A DNA stretch of 64,000 bases, from the IMG/VR virus record IMGVR_UViG_3300021138_000002, positions 81,097 to 145,096 of that record; one strand, given 5' to 3'. Below are positions 31,401 through 40,565 of this stretch, one piece after another (position 1 is the first letter of the stretch; every line of letters begins with the position of its first letter). Source of the DNA: a virus. Position numbers and translations under genes: made by a program. The notes beneath the pieces are model-generated. The model had not been told where the DNA came from. It did not search any database and saw nothing but the letters and a program-made list of their open reading frames with translations.

Positions 31401-32115
31401 CAACGGCTTAGGTTTAGCTACTGCTGATGGTAATCTTGACAGTGGCGATGCTTATGCTGGCGCATTTTATCCAAGCTGTACCACTACAGATTTAAGCGGT
31501 AATCTGGTAGTAACTGCACCAAGCCACATGATGTTGCGTACGATCATACGCAGCGACGAAGTAAGCTATCCATGGTTGGCACCGGCTGGTACACGTCGTG
31601 GTGTAGTAGACAATGCCACACAGATTGGTTATATCGTAGCACAGACCGGTGAGTTTACACCTTTGGGTGTGAGCCAAAGTCTACGTGATGTGTTGTATCA
31701 AAACGACATCAATCCAATTACCTTTATACCAGGAGTGGGTATTACCAACTTTGGTAACCATACCCTACAAGGCACAGCCACAGCACTGGATCGCATCAAT
31801 GTGGCCAGATTGGTCGCTTATCTACGTGCCAGATTGTCACAGATTGGTAAGACTTATCTATTTGAACCAAACGACACTATCACTCGCAATCAAATTACCA
31901 ACAGTATCACTAACTTGATGATTGATTTGGTGGCCAAGCGCGGTATCTATGACTACTTGGTTGTGTGTGATCTTACAAACAACACACCAGCCAGAATCGA
32001 TGCCAACGAACTATGGGTAGATATAGCCATTGAGCCGGTCAAAGCTGTTGAGTTTATATACATACCAGTACGTATACAGAACACAGGAACAATTCAGGCA
32101 CAAACATTAGCATAA
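28456..32115 (+). CDS. gp18: Contractile tail sheath protein with a large central insertion (1219 aa)
   Basis: N-terminus LLSPGVQV; C-terminal sheath motifs PWLAPAG.RRG, INPI, DRINVARL, FEPND, I.PVKAVEFIYI. Confidence 0.95.
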   Translation: MALLSPGVQVSIIDQSNYVPAATNSVPYILLATAQNKVSGAGVGVASGTLAANANKTYLMTSQRDLLNTFGVPFFYNTTAGTPINGYELNEYGLLAAYSALGVTNQCYVQRVDIDLAALTASLTRPTGKPNNNTYWLDTTNTAWGIFEWNSTTGAFTNKIPSVITSTANLETGNTVPTFSYGSIGDYTVVAAGTQPANVAGALQNPEYYKRGGPTASQTSSANLSGLYNSWVSVGSDDWKTAWPTISGTQAPANLTATNTVVINNTHTITVPSSPNNTPANVSIQINSANITGVYSGVIGGALFVYADSQSVGFTGNVTAGTANVSAGTATLTFTNLGNAVPTPYPVGSTITVTGTASNNYDGTYDVVASSNTSVTFDFAGANIATSGGTITWPDSVSISGTALTSLGITAGSYSTPQYLASNSYQNPRWSSTSATAAPTGSVWQKTNNVNLGTNFVVKKYNSTLGVFVQQNCPVYSDDAAALYALDPAGGGTNIAAGSTYAQIDAYGNGTGTFMIWERYATGPTNITGYGIASDTFTSGNQFTISATQAGSTGINTATATLEGTTPSDFCAAVSAAGVPYVSATINSSGYIVFSHSQGGDIYLTPISGSPISEAGFDLGHGIVGLTAQNVTGETLVLSNWVSYPTFTYTVSSVAPDQNPLNGTYWYYSDTTQVDIMIQNNGQWVGYQTVNSDFRGYDLSQTNASGPQISVTAPTTQNDTAQSPLVYGDLWIDISNLDLYPVINRWESVTGQDQWVQIDNTNQTTSSGVLFADARWAPNGTTDPVADPLPTITSLLTSNYLDPDAPNPALYPDGILLWNTRRSGFNVKTFESNYFNTTTYPAYAWNAYTAYSIGNLVIDGGIEYICLKANTGQATGTNVYWTPITVTNTWLTASGNRPDGSAYMGRQAQRAIIVKALKSGIDSNTTIREEQNQFNLLACPQYPELAPNLAVLNTDRGQTGFVVVDTPLRLTPDDIVTWAGNNNGLGLATADGNLDSGDAYAGAFYPSCTTTDLSGNLVVTAPSHMMLRTIIRSDEVSYPWLAPAGTRRGVVDNATQIGYIVAQTGEFTPLGVSQSLRDVLYQNDINPITFIPGVGITNFGNHTLQGTATALDRINVARLVAYLRARLSQIGKTYLFEPNDTITRNQITNSITNLMIDLVAKRGIYDYLVVCDLTNNTPARIDANELWVDIAIEPVKAVEFIYIPVRIQNTGTIQAQTLA

Positions 32116-32120
32116 TGAAT

Positions 32121-32149
32121 CAGGACAAAATGGCCAAAATTTTGTCCTG
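32121..32149. other. Perfect 11-bp hairpin between sheath and tube genes, with no U tract
   Basis: CAGGACAAAAT-ggccaaa-ATTTTGTCCTG. Confidence 0.6.
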
Positions 32150-32191
32150 GCTCAGTGCCATAAATAACAGTAACTAGGAGATTAAAGAAAA

Positions 32192-32824
32192 ATGGCTACA
32201 TCATCATTAACAAATATGACCGTGCCTCTGGCCAGTGATCAAAGCACCACTAACCAAGGCTTGTTGATGCCAAAACTGAAGTATCGCTTTAGAGTGAGCT
32301 TCCAGAACTTTGGAGTATCGACACCGGTAACAGAATTGACCAAACAGGTGGTTGATTTCCAACGTCCCAATGTGACATTTGAAAATATTGATCTTCCTAT
32401 CTACAACAGCACAATCAAGCTGGCCGGCAAGTATAGTTGGCAAGATATCACCTGCAACCTGCGTGATGACGCTGCTGGCAATGTCAGCAGATTGGTTGGC
32501 GAACAGTTACAGAAACAATTAGACTTTGCTGAAATGAGTTCAGCCAGTTCTGGTATTGACTACAAGTTTACCACTGTGTTTGAAGTACTTGATGGTGGCA
32601 ACGGCAACAATGTTCCGATTGCATTGGAAACCTGGAACATACTTGGTTGCTATCTGCAAGGAGTCAACTACGGCGACATGAACTATGGAACTAATGAAGC
32701 AGCTCAAATTGCGTTGACCATACGCTTTGACAATGCCGTACAGAATCCGCCTGGACAAGGCGTTGGTGCAGTAGTTGGTAGAACATTGGGTGATGTGGCC
32801 ACAGGCGTTGGTGTAGCACAATAA
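32192..32824 (+). CDS. gp19: Tail tube protein
   Basis: PKLKYRFRV, RPNVTF, AGKYSW, W.ILGC, LTIRFDNA; follows the sheath gene. Confidence 0.85.
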   Translation: MATSSLTNMTVPLASDQSTTNQGLLMPKLKYRFRVSFQNFGVSTPVTELTKQVVDFQRPNVTFENIDLPIYNSTIKLAGKYSWQDITCNLRDDAAGNVSRLVGEQLQKQLDFAEMSSASSGIDYKFTTVFEVLDGGNGNNVPIALETWNILGCYLQGVNYGDMNYGTNEAAQIALTIRFDNAVQNPPGQGVGAVVGRTLGDVATGVGVAQ

Positions 32825-32837
32825 CTGATCGCTCGCT

Positions 32838-34031
32838 ATGACCAATTTGGCCTCATTTGGCGACAACATACTCCAGGGATTTTTTGGTACCAACGGTCTT
32901 AAAGATTACAGTCACGCCAGCAAGACTTTTAGGACCAACAACTACGAGCTTACTCCTAGAACCAAGTACCTATTTCATTGCTATTTCAATGTCAACATAG
33001 GGCAGATTCCTGCATTACAAGGTCAATTCCAAAACAATGATATCAGCAGCATAGGCCTCATGGTCAAGACTGCAGATCTCCCCAGTTTCCAGATCACCAA
33101 CGAAACACTAAATCAATACAATCGCAAAAGAGTGGTACAGACCAAGATCAACTATCAACCGGTCACTATCACCTTGCACGATGATCAAAGCGATCTTATA
33201 AGAAATCTCTGGTACAACTACTATACCTACTATTACAAAGACCCAACCTACGGCTACAACAATGTGCCCAATCAAAGCGGAAGCCTCGGCAAGTCGGCCA
33301 CATTACAAAATGGGTTTGGCTACAATACCGCCGACACCTATAGTGGTAGACAAAACACCGATTGGGGTTTTATAGGCGAAGGATATGCTGATAGCAGTCC
33401 AGGCACAGCAGATGGTCAAAACAACGGCAAACCCAGATTTTTCAATGATATAACCATTTATGGCCTGGCAGCAAAAAGATTTGCATCTTATGTGTTGATC
33501 AATCCGATCATCACTGATTGGAAAAGTGACCAATACGATTACAGTCAAGGTGGCGGCACCATGAGCCATACTTTGACCATTGCATACGAAACAGTAAAAT
33601 ACAACAGCGGCCCTGTTGGCGGAGCTACTCCTAGCAATGCTGTGGTTGGATTTGCTGACCCATCACACTACGATACAACCAAGAGCAGCTTATCAAGGCC
33701 TGGCGGAACAGCCACAGTGTTTGGTCAAGGTGGTATCGTTGATGCAGTAGAAGGATTTACCGACGATCTACAGGCGTTGGCATCAGGCCAAGGTGGATTG
33801 CAAAATGTATTGGGTGCTGTGCAAACTGCCGGTACTGCTTATAACACATTCAAAAATGTAAATCTTGCACAAGTGGCCGGACAAGAAATTCAAAACATTG
33901 CTACCAATGTGGCACAACAAGGTCTCACCGGCAGTGTAAGACAGGCAATCAATGCCGGTAACGGACAGTTTTTTCCAAGTGCACCACGTTTATCAACCGG
34001 TACCACAGTACAATCACAATTGGGATTTTGA
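32838..34031 (+). CDS. Tube-fold baseplate/tube-initiator protein (gp48/gp54-like)
   Basis: KTADLPS..QYNRKR..YQPVTITLHDD..TIAYE is tube-like; low-complexity C-terminal tail. Confidence 0.55.
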   Translation: MTNLASFGDNILQGFFGTNGLKDYSHASKTFRTNNYELTPRTKYLFHCYFNVNIGQIPALQGQFQNNDISSIGLMVKTADLPSFQITNETLNQYNRKRVVQTKINYQPVTITLHDDQSDLIRNLWYNYYTYYYKDPTYGYNNVPNQSGSLGKSATLQNGFGYNTADTYSGRQNTDWGFIGEGYADSSPGTADGQNNGKPRFFNDITIYGLAAKRFASYVLINPIITDWKSDQYDYSQGGGTMSHTLTIAYETVKYNSGPVGGATPSNAVVGFADPSHYDTTKSSLSRPGGTATVFGQGGIVDAVEGFTDDLQALASGQGGLQNVLGAVQTAGTAYNTFKNVNLAQVAGQEIQNIATNVAQQGLTGSVRQAINAGNGQFFPSAPRLSTGTTVQSQLGF

Positions 34032-34034
34032 TCC

Positions 34035-34394
34035 GTGAGCACAGTAAACTACGCCAACCCTAACAAAGATACCACGGTAAGAATCTTTGATCAATTTTAC
34101 GGTTACGAAACCTATGTGCCAGTTGATACCTATGATGTGGTCAACAGTTATTTTCGCAGTGTGTTTGGCACCGGCGAAGCAGCTGGAAATTTTACTGTTA
34201 GTTTATTTAGAACAGCCGAACTCAGTGGCACACCGGTCTTGACCTTGCTAGAGCAGATACAAGGACAAACAGGCCCAGATCTAACCTTGAGCTTGGCCTA
34301 TTACCTCAATGCCACTCGCAGTACCAGCACCTTATTAGGATTAAACTTGGCCACACAACCCAATTACTATGTGGCACACAACATACGCAGTTAA
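34035..34394 (+). CDS. Hypothetical virion protein
   Basis: ORF within the structural operon. Confidence 0.55.
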   Translation: MSTVNYANPNKDTTVRIFDQFYGYETYVPVDTYDVVNSYFRSVFGTGEAAGNFTVSLFRTAELSGTPVLTLLEQIQGQTGPDLTLSLAYYLNATRSTSTLLGLNLATQPNYYVAHNIRS

Positions 34395-34402
34395 GGTAAT
34401 CT

Positions 34403-34846
34403 ATGCCTAAATTTGCACAAGGTCCCTACACAGTACGAAACGCCCAAAAATATGCCGGCAATGGTGTGCCCAAATATCGCAGCAGTTGGGAATGGGCCTT
34501 CATGAATTTTTGCGACGACAACAACAACATAATACAATGGGCCAGCGAACCAGTAAGGATACCCTATCGTCATCCGCTCACTGGTCGAATGACCACCTAT
34601 GTGCCCGACTTTATCGTAACCTACCGCGGGCCCAACAATACTACTAGAGCCGAACTGATTGAAATCAAACCCAGCAGCCAGAGTCGCTTGCTGGAAAAAC
34701 AAAGCCAACGCGATCGTGCCCAGGTGGCCATCAACTACTGCAAGTGGGCAGCCGCCCAGGCTTGGTGCAAACAGAATGGCCTGTTTTTCAGGATCATAAC
34801 CGAAGACGACATTTTCCACCGAGGCGGTAAAAAACGCGGTAAATAG
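34403..34846 (+). CDS. gp4: Head completion nuclease (T4 gp4-like, TnsA-type PD-(D/E)xK)
   Basis: YRSSWE..FCD..WASE..IPY..YVPDF..IEIKP..KW.AA..F.IITE. Confidence 0.9.
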   Translation: MPKFAQGPYTVRNAQKYAGNGVPKYRSSWEWAFMNFCDDNNNIIQWASEPVRIPYRHPLTGRMTTYVPDFIVTYRGPNNTTRAELIEIKPSSQSRLLEKQSQRDRAQVAINYCKWAAAQAWCKQNGLFFRIITEDDIFHRGGKKRGK

Positions 34847-34849
34847 GTT

Positions 34850-35539
34850 ATGACCCATTATCTCTATAAAAAAACTCACAAAGAAACTGGTTTAAAATAT
34901 TTAGGAAAAACTATATCAAAAAATCCCTACAACTACAAGGGGTCTGGGGTATATTGGAAATATCATATCAAAAAATATGGATACAATGTAGAAACAGAAA
35001 TATTAAAAGAATGTTCAACCGAAGAAGAACTCAAACACTGGGGTCAATATTATAGCAAGTTATGGAACGTTGTTGAAAGTGAAGAATGGGCAAATCTTAA
35101 ACCCGAAGAAGGAAGTGGCGGAGGTATGGTAGCAGGATCTGCCTCTGCTCAAAAACATTCGTCTAAAATGATAGGACATCCAAACTGGTTAAAATCTCAA
35201 TCGGAATCAGCTAAAAAATTAATCAAAAAAGCTCAACAAGAGCTTATATCTAAATTAACACCCGATGAATTAATTTCTCGTATGAAAAATTCTTGTTGTC
35301 GCCCCGACAGTTATACTCCTGAAAGATCTAAAAAGATTAGCGAGGCATTAACAGGAAGGACTCTTAGCGACGAACATAAAAAAAATGTAAGTATCGGAGG
35401 TTCTAAATACAAAAAATCTCTTACACAAGAAGAAAAAATCATCAAATACGGTCGAGCAAATAATGGAAAAACTTGGAAAATTATCAATGGTAAACGAGTT
35501 TGGATGGAAAAAGGAGATCCAAAATTACAAAGAAATTAG
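34850..35539 (+). CDS. GIY-YIG (Seg-like) homing endonuclease with NUMOD-like tail
   Basis: YLYKKTH..KYLGKT..YKGSG..W; KISEALTGRTLSDEHKK; AT-rich. Confidence 0.85.
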   Translation: MTHYLYKKTHKETGLKYLGKTISKNPYNYKGSGVYWKYHIKKYGYNVETEILKECSTEEELKHWGQYYSKLWNVVESEEWANLKPEEGSGGGMVAGSASAQKHSSKMIGHPNWLKSQSESAKKLIKKAQQELISKLTPDELISRMKNSCCRPDSYTPERSKKISEALTGRTLSDEHKKNVSIGGSKYKKSLTQEEKIIKYGRANNGKTWKIINGKRVWMEKGDPKLQRN

Positions 35540-36015
35540 AAGAATTATTTCAGTTCGATCGACTCGACCCTGTCTCGGAACCTGATGAACCCACACTCTC
35601 TGTAGAACAAACTCGTGCGGCCATCGTGGCCATTGACACAAACATAGACAAAATTGATTTGGCATTGCCGGCCGTGCGTGATCTTGACACCAGCGATCAG
35701 GAACTGGATGAGCTGGCCGAGTTGGCCAAACAGAGCTATCAGGATCTCAGTGATCTTGGCATGCAAGTAGAATCGAGATTTGCTGCCGAACTGTTTGCAG
35801 TGGCTGGAACCATGCTAGGGCATGCTCTTACAGCCAAGACTACCAAGCTGAACAAACGATTAAAAATGATTGATCTACAGTTGAAAAAAGCTCGTTTGGA
35901 TCAAACAGCCGTCAAGGAAGAACAGTTGCCCACTGCCGAAGGGCAGATCCTGAGCCGCAATGATTTGTTGGAACGCTTGATTGGCAGTAGAGATCAAAAA
36001 GACAAAAGTTCATAA
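35524..36015 (+). CDS. Probable terminase small subunit (gp16-like); proposed ATT start at 35524
   Basis: Helical ~160-aa protein in the packaging region, C-terminal SRNDLLERL; SD AAGGAG 7 nt before the ATT. Confidence 0.5.
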   Translation: MTKKLEELFQFDRLDPVSEPDEPTLSVEQTRAAIVAIDTNIDKIDLALPAVRDLDTSDQELDELAELAKQSYQDLSDLGMQVESRFAAELFAVAGTMLGHALTAKTTKLNKRLKMIDLQLKKARLDQTAVKEEQLPTAEGQILSRNDLLERLIGSRDQKDKSS

Positions 36016-36036
36016 ATATCATATAGGGAAAAACGT

Positions 36037-36645
36037 ATGAAAAAATTTCAAGAATACCTCGCTGAATCAGAAAGAACCTACAATTATCGCATCAAAGTTG
36101 TAGGCGACACTCCTCCAAACTTCATGAAAGACATGGAAGAGAAACTCAAACAATTTGATATTGTCAAAATCTCAGCTCCAAAAACCACACCAGTACAGGC
36201 CAAACCTGCAGATTTTCCAGCGTTTGACAATGACCGTGTGACACATGTGGATGTGGAATTCCGTTATCCGGCCATCGAACCACAGATCAAACAGATAGCT
36301 CAGCTGTTGATGTTTGATCCCAATCGTATTCGCATGCTCACTACACCATACGAAGACAGCATGGATACCGAGCGTGCCAAGATTGAAGAACAAAACAAAG
36401 ATTTATTAACTGATACCGATTTCCCTGCACCTGACAAGGAACAAAAAGCCTTGTACAAAGACTACAGCACCGAATATAACAACCATGCTGTGCTCAAAAA
36501 TGCCTATCGCAGCGACTTCACTGTGGCTGGTGGCAAGACACCAGCGGCCAAAACAACTAACGATCTACCCATGGGCAAGAACAGTCCAATGACCACGATC
36601 AAGTTGCCACCCAAGCCAGCAACTGGCAACCGACCAAGAGGATAA
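36037..36645 (+). CDS. Probable prohead core/internal protein with capsid-targeting-like leader
   Basis: N-terminus MKKFQEYLAE resembles the T4 internal-protein leader MKTYQEFIAE; late promoter at 36013. Confidence 0.55.
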   Translation: MKKFQEYLAESERTYNYRIKVVGDTPPNFMKDMEEKLKQFDIVKISAPKTTPVQAKPADFPAFDNDRVTHVDVEFRYPAIEPQIKQIAQLLMFDPNRIRMLTTPYEDSMDTERAKIEEQNKDLLTDTDFPAPDKEQKALYKDYSTEYNNHAVLKNAYRSDFTVAGGKTPAAKTTNDLPMGKNSPMTTIKLPPKPATGNRPRG

Positions 36646-36648
36646 ACC

Positions 36649-38760
36649 ATGGATAACTTTTTTCACAACATAAACAAACGCCTAAACGACATCGACAGTC
36701 GTCAAGATATCGCCGAGAGTGCCGTTAGTGAAATAGCACACGATACTGGCAAAAAGTTGCTGAGCAAAGGCGAACGCAGTGGACTGGCCAAACAGGCTCG
36801 TGCTGGCAAAGACATTGGCAAGCCTGGCAAAATGTTTAAAAAAGTTGCCGGTGATGCCGCCAAGCGTTACGGTAGCAAAGAAGCCGGCGAGCGTGTTGCT
36901 GCCGCGGCCATGTTTAAAAATGCTGCCAAGCACGAAAGTATCAGCAGTACCAGTGGTACCTTGGAAGAAGGACATTGTCCTACCTGTGATTGCTCACCAT
37001 GCAGTTGCAACGAAGGCAATGCATTTAGTGGTGCAGTGGCCAAAGCCAAAGCAGATGGCATCCAAAAAGGCGAAAAGATTCGTGTGGGTGGTAAGACATA
37101 TCCAGTCAAAGAAGCCGATCCAATGGGCATGGAAGAAGGCGCATTTAAAAATCTTGACATAGAACGTCAAGAACGAGAAATGAAAAAAGCACGTCACAGT
37201 TCTTTAAAACAAGTTCCTGGTGTACAAAATCTCAAGCCTGGTGCCAAAGAGCATCCATTAAAGAATGTGGCCAAAGGTATCAAAGCATTTGTGACCGGCA
37301 AAGAAGAGCCAATGGATGAGGCCAAAGCCAAACCCGATTATATCGATCTAGATCATGATGGTGACAAAAAAGAAACAATGAAAAAAGCTGCCGCTGACAA
37401 AAAGCGTAGCACTGGTACAGCGTTTGATCCAGAAGCCCGTAAACAAATGAAAACCGATCGGGAAGGTACTGGCAACTTTGACAAGAAAAAGATCAGCACC
37501 GGTACAGTATATACTCGCCGTCACAAAGAAGATGACGACGAAGAAGTTACGAGCGATCAGCCAAAGAAAAAAGGCCGTCCTAAGGGACCAGCCAAAGGCC
37601 CTGAGCGTGTAACAGCCAAGGCTTGGAAGCATAAAGGTGGTCGTACTGTCAAAGAAATGGAAATTCCTCTAATCAATCGTGGCGAATACGATCAAGAAGG
37701 CGACGAAGTCAAGGGCGACATGCATACCGTGATCCGTCATGCTCAAGAACTTGAAAAGCATTTGAGAGACAGCGAAAACTTGCCGACCTGGATTATCGAA
37801 AAAGTAGGCCAGATCAAAGGCATGATGACCAGCATTAGCGATTACATGTTGTCACAACACGAGCGTAATGCCGAACATGAAACCGGTCAAGAAGGTATCC
37901 GTATTGCCGAGAAGATTACTAAAAATACACCAACCGGTGAAGTGATACATGATTTTGTACACAGCAAGAATCCCAAGTTTGCTGGCAAGAGCAAAAAAGA
38001 ACGTATCAATCAGGCTTTGGGTGCCAGTTATGGTATGAAGAAAAGCAAGATGGAAGAAGAATCTACAGCTGAAAAAGACGATCGTGCTGAGCATGCTGGC
38101 AAGAAGGTTGCCAAAGACATCGAGTATGATGACAAGAAAGACAAAAATTGGACAGCAGAACGCAAAGCTGCCGCAAAGAAAAAAGGCGAATGGGAGCCAA
38201 AAGTTGACGAAACAACAACTTCCGGCAGTGTAGCACCTGTGGCCAATGCTGCACCCAAGGCCAAAGGCATGTCATTTGGCAAAGGCGTATACGAAGGTGC
38301 TATCGCCGAAAGTTTTGACAAAAAATTATCCAGCGTACTCAACGAAGGTATGAATGTAAGCCTAAACATGAATGCCGAAGGTCAAAAATCAATCAATGTC
38401 AGTGCTGACGGTGATGATGCTGAGAAATTGGCTGAAATCCTAAAGTTAGCTGGCATGGGCGGTCATGCTGGTTGTAGTTCATGTGGTGAGTCACCATGTG
38501 GCTGTGACACTGTTGAAGAAGCTTACGGCGATACTACAGCCAACGAGAATCATCCAGATTGGCCAACCGATACAGAAACTGTAGATGCCGATGATCCACA
38601 TTTACGCAGATTCAGTGGCGGCTTGAATGGTCCTAAATCAACCGGACAGACCACAATCCCAGTCATAGCCGGTCAGCGTCGTAGAATGAGCACCATGGAA
38701 GAAAACGTTACTCTTGAACGTAGCCTGTTTAAACTATACAAGGATTATAAAGGTCAATGA
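36649..38760 (+). CDS. Modular, Lys/Glu-rich probable internal head polyprotein (703 aa)
   Basis: Short modules bounded by hydrophobic-X-E sites; two CxxCxxSPCxC motifs; a DxDxDG motif. Confidence 0.5.
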   Translation: MDNFFHNINKRLNDIDSRQDIAESAVSEIAHDTGKKLLSKGERSGLAKQARAGKDIGKPGKMFKKVAGDAAKRYGSKEAGERVAAAAMFKNAAKHESISSTSGTLEEGHCPTCDCSPCSCNEGNAFSGAVAKAKADGIQKGEKIRVGGKTYPVKEADPMGMEEGAFKNLDIERQEREMKKARHSSLKQVPGVQNLKPGAKEHPLKNVAKGIKAFVTGKEEPMDEAKAKPDYIDLDHDGDKKETMKKAAADKKRSTGTAFDPEARKQMKTDREGTGNFDKKKISTGTVYTRRHKEDDDEEVTSDQPKKKGRPKGPAKGPERVTAKAWKHKGGRTVKEMEIPLINRGEYDQEGDEVKGDMHTVIRHAQELEKHLRDSENLPTWIIEKVGQIKGMMTSISDYMLSQHERNAEHETGQEGIRIAEKITKNTPTGEVIHDFVHSKNPKFAGKSKKERINQALGASYGMKKSKMEEESTAEKDDRAEHAGKKVAKDIEYDDKKDKNWTAERKAAAKKKGEWEPKVDETTTSGSVAPVANAAPKAKGMSFGKGVYEGAIAESFDKKLSSVLNEGMNVSLNMNAEGQKSINVSADGDDAEKLAEILKLAGMGGHAGCSSCGESPCGCDTVEEAYGDTTANENHPDWPTDTETVDADDPHLRRFSGGLNGPKSTGQTTIPVIAGQRRRMSTMEENVTLERSLFKLYKDYKGQ

Positions 38761-39494
38761 AAGCCTTAAGAGATTACATCACCGAAAGTGAACACTGGAT
38801 GCACCATCCGGCCGAGGGCGACGAATTTGCCATTGAGTTGGCCGATGGAACCCTGGTGGAATCTTATATCTTGGAAACAGTGGAAGACTGTATCCTGTTG
38901 GATTCCAACCCAGAGATTGTATCCGTGTTAGAATCCTGGAACCTGCTGAGTGATCAAGAATCCGATGATGCTGTAATACTTGAAACCATGGGCTACGGTA
39001 CCTTAGTTGGTGAAAATCGTGGCGGTAATTACGAAGAAATGGGTTACAGAAAATCAACTTCGGACAAATTTGTTTTACTTGATAGATTCCTTGATGCTGT
39101 TATATTGACTACTAACAGTCTAAGAGAAGCCGAAAAAGAAGCTATAGAATGGGCCGAGCACGACGATATTGAAACTGAAGTTGTTGATCAAAAAACAGGT
39201 CAAACTATATTTTCAGTTGATGGTGCTGCTGGTGCAGAAGAGCATATGGACGAAGCCAAGTATCATGGTAGAGAAGTGCCGTTAGGCAAACCCATGAAGG
39301 GCGATGTAAAAAAATCTAAAGTATATGTGAGAGATCCAAAAACCGGCAACATCAAAAAAGTAAACTTTGGCGATCCCAACATGAGAATCAAAAAAAGCAG
39401 TCCCGCACATAGAAAAAGTTTTAGAGCAAGACATCATTGTGAGAATCCCGGATCACGCCTAAAAGCCCGTTACTGGTCATGTCGTGCGTGGTAA
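38757..39494 (+). CDS. Probable internal head protein with basic C-terminal domain (RKSFRARH..ARYWSC)
   Basis: Leader MKALRDYITE. The C-terminal KKVNFGDP..RKSFRARHHC..ARYWSC domain is familiar from T4-like phages. Confidence 0.55.
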   Translation: MKALRDYITESEHWMHHPAEGDEFAIELADGTLVESYILETVEDCILLDSNPEIVSVLESWNLLSDQESDDAVILETMGYGTLVGENRGGNYEEMGYRKSTSDKFVLLDRFLDAVILTTNSLREAEKEAIEWAEHDDIETEVVDQKTGQTIFSVDGAAGAEEHMDEAKYHGREVPLGKPMKGDVKKSKVYVRDPKTGNIKKVNFGDPNMRIKKSSPAHRKSFRARHHCENPGSRLKARYWSCRAW

Positions 39495-39511
39495 ACAAAG
39501 GAAAATAAATT

Positions 39512-39805
39512 ATGGCAGAAGCAAACGTAGTTAGCTCGGCAGGTAATATTACCTGGTACACAGACAAGGCCGAAATAGCCGCCTTGGACAACAGCGTGAC
39601 CTATCAGGTCTATGCTACTGCACTGGGTTCTGCTGCCGCAGTCGGCAACATTTACAGTGCTCCTGTAGCCATACCAAACGGTGTTGTAAGACAGATCTAC
39701 GTTGGAGCTGGCAACAAACTCACTGTGACCGGTACATTTACTGCCAAAGAACTTGGCACACAAAGTTCAGCACAGCATAGCGTATTCAACTCTTCAGGAG
39801 TATAA
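39512..39805 (+). CDS. Small beta-rich virion protein
   Basis: 97 aa, SD AAGGA, Gly/Ser/Thr/Val-rich. Confidence 0.55.
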   Translation: MAEANVVSSAGNITWYTDKAEIAALDNSVTYQVYATALGSAAAVGNIYSAPVAIPNGVVRQIYVGAGNKLTVTGTFTAKELGTQSSAQHSVFNSSGV

Positions 39806-39807
39806 CC

Positions 39808-40200
39808 GTGCGAGCCCGAGAATTTGTAAGTGAGGCAAGATTCAGTCAACGACCTAAGGCCAAGATGCATCACGACCATGCCCAGGTCCAAAAAGGTGTG
39901 CACCTAGCTCGAGATCCTGGTGGATACGATCGTATCTATCATTTGAATCGTCTCATGATGGCCACAGCCTGTGCCGACGGCAAGGGGACCGGCAAGATAC
40001 CCAATGTTGACAGCAGCAGTTGGTACGAAAAATACAACAGCATACATCCTTATACCGAAGAAGAACACAACATGGTCCGGCAGGCCATGGCCACTGTGCC
40101 CACCGACGGTGGAGAAATTGTCGACGATCATCGCAGTCTTGAACCCGATCATGTGCATCGAATCAGTCCTGTAAAAGGATTTCAGGGCTATCCCAGATGA
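39808..40200 (+). CDS. MRAREF-family protein, copy 1
   Basis: MRAREFVSE...SLEP..HRISPVKGFQGYPR. Confidence 0.75.
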   Translation: MRAREFVSEARFSQRPKAKMHHDHAQVQKGVHLARDPGGYDRIYHLNRLMMATACADGKGTGKIPNVDSSSWYEKYNSIHPYTEEEHNMVRQAMATVPTDGGEIVDDHRSLEPDHVHRISPVKGFQGYPR

Positions 40201-40565
40201 GAGCTCGCGAGTTCGTGATCGAAGGGCGACGAAGCAAGATAGATCACAGCTTCCAACACGCCAATCCTGGTGCCGTTATTCCCGGCAATCGAGACAGATT
40301 CTATGATGGACGCACTTACGATAGTTATCGTATGGCCATGTTGAGCGGTATGCACCCAGATGATCTAGAAAAAGCCGATGTGCATTCCTGGGCCTCAAAC
40401 ATGCCCATGTACAATGCCTACACCCAAGCCGAACACGATAAAATTACTAGAGCCATGAAAAAAATGGGACACACTGTAAAACACATGGCCTATCAAGGTA
40501 GTCAAGAGCCACCAGACACACACAGGGTTAGCCCAGTAAACCAATTTACAGGATACAGTCGATGA
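40197..40565 (+). CDS. MRAREF-family protein, copy 2
   Basis: MRAREFVIE...SQEP..HRVSPVNQFTGYSR; ATGA overlap with copy 1. Confidence 0.75.
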   Translation: MRAREFVIEGRRSKIDHSFQHANPGAVIPGNRDRFYDGRTYDSYRMAMLSGMHPDDLEKADVHSWASNMPMYNAYTQAEHDKITRAMKKMGHTVKHMAYQGSQEPPDTHRVSPVNQFTGYSR

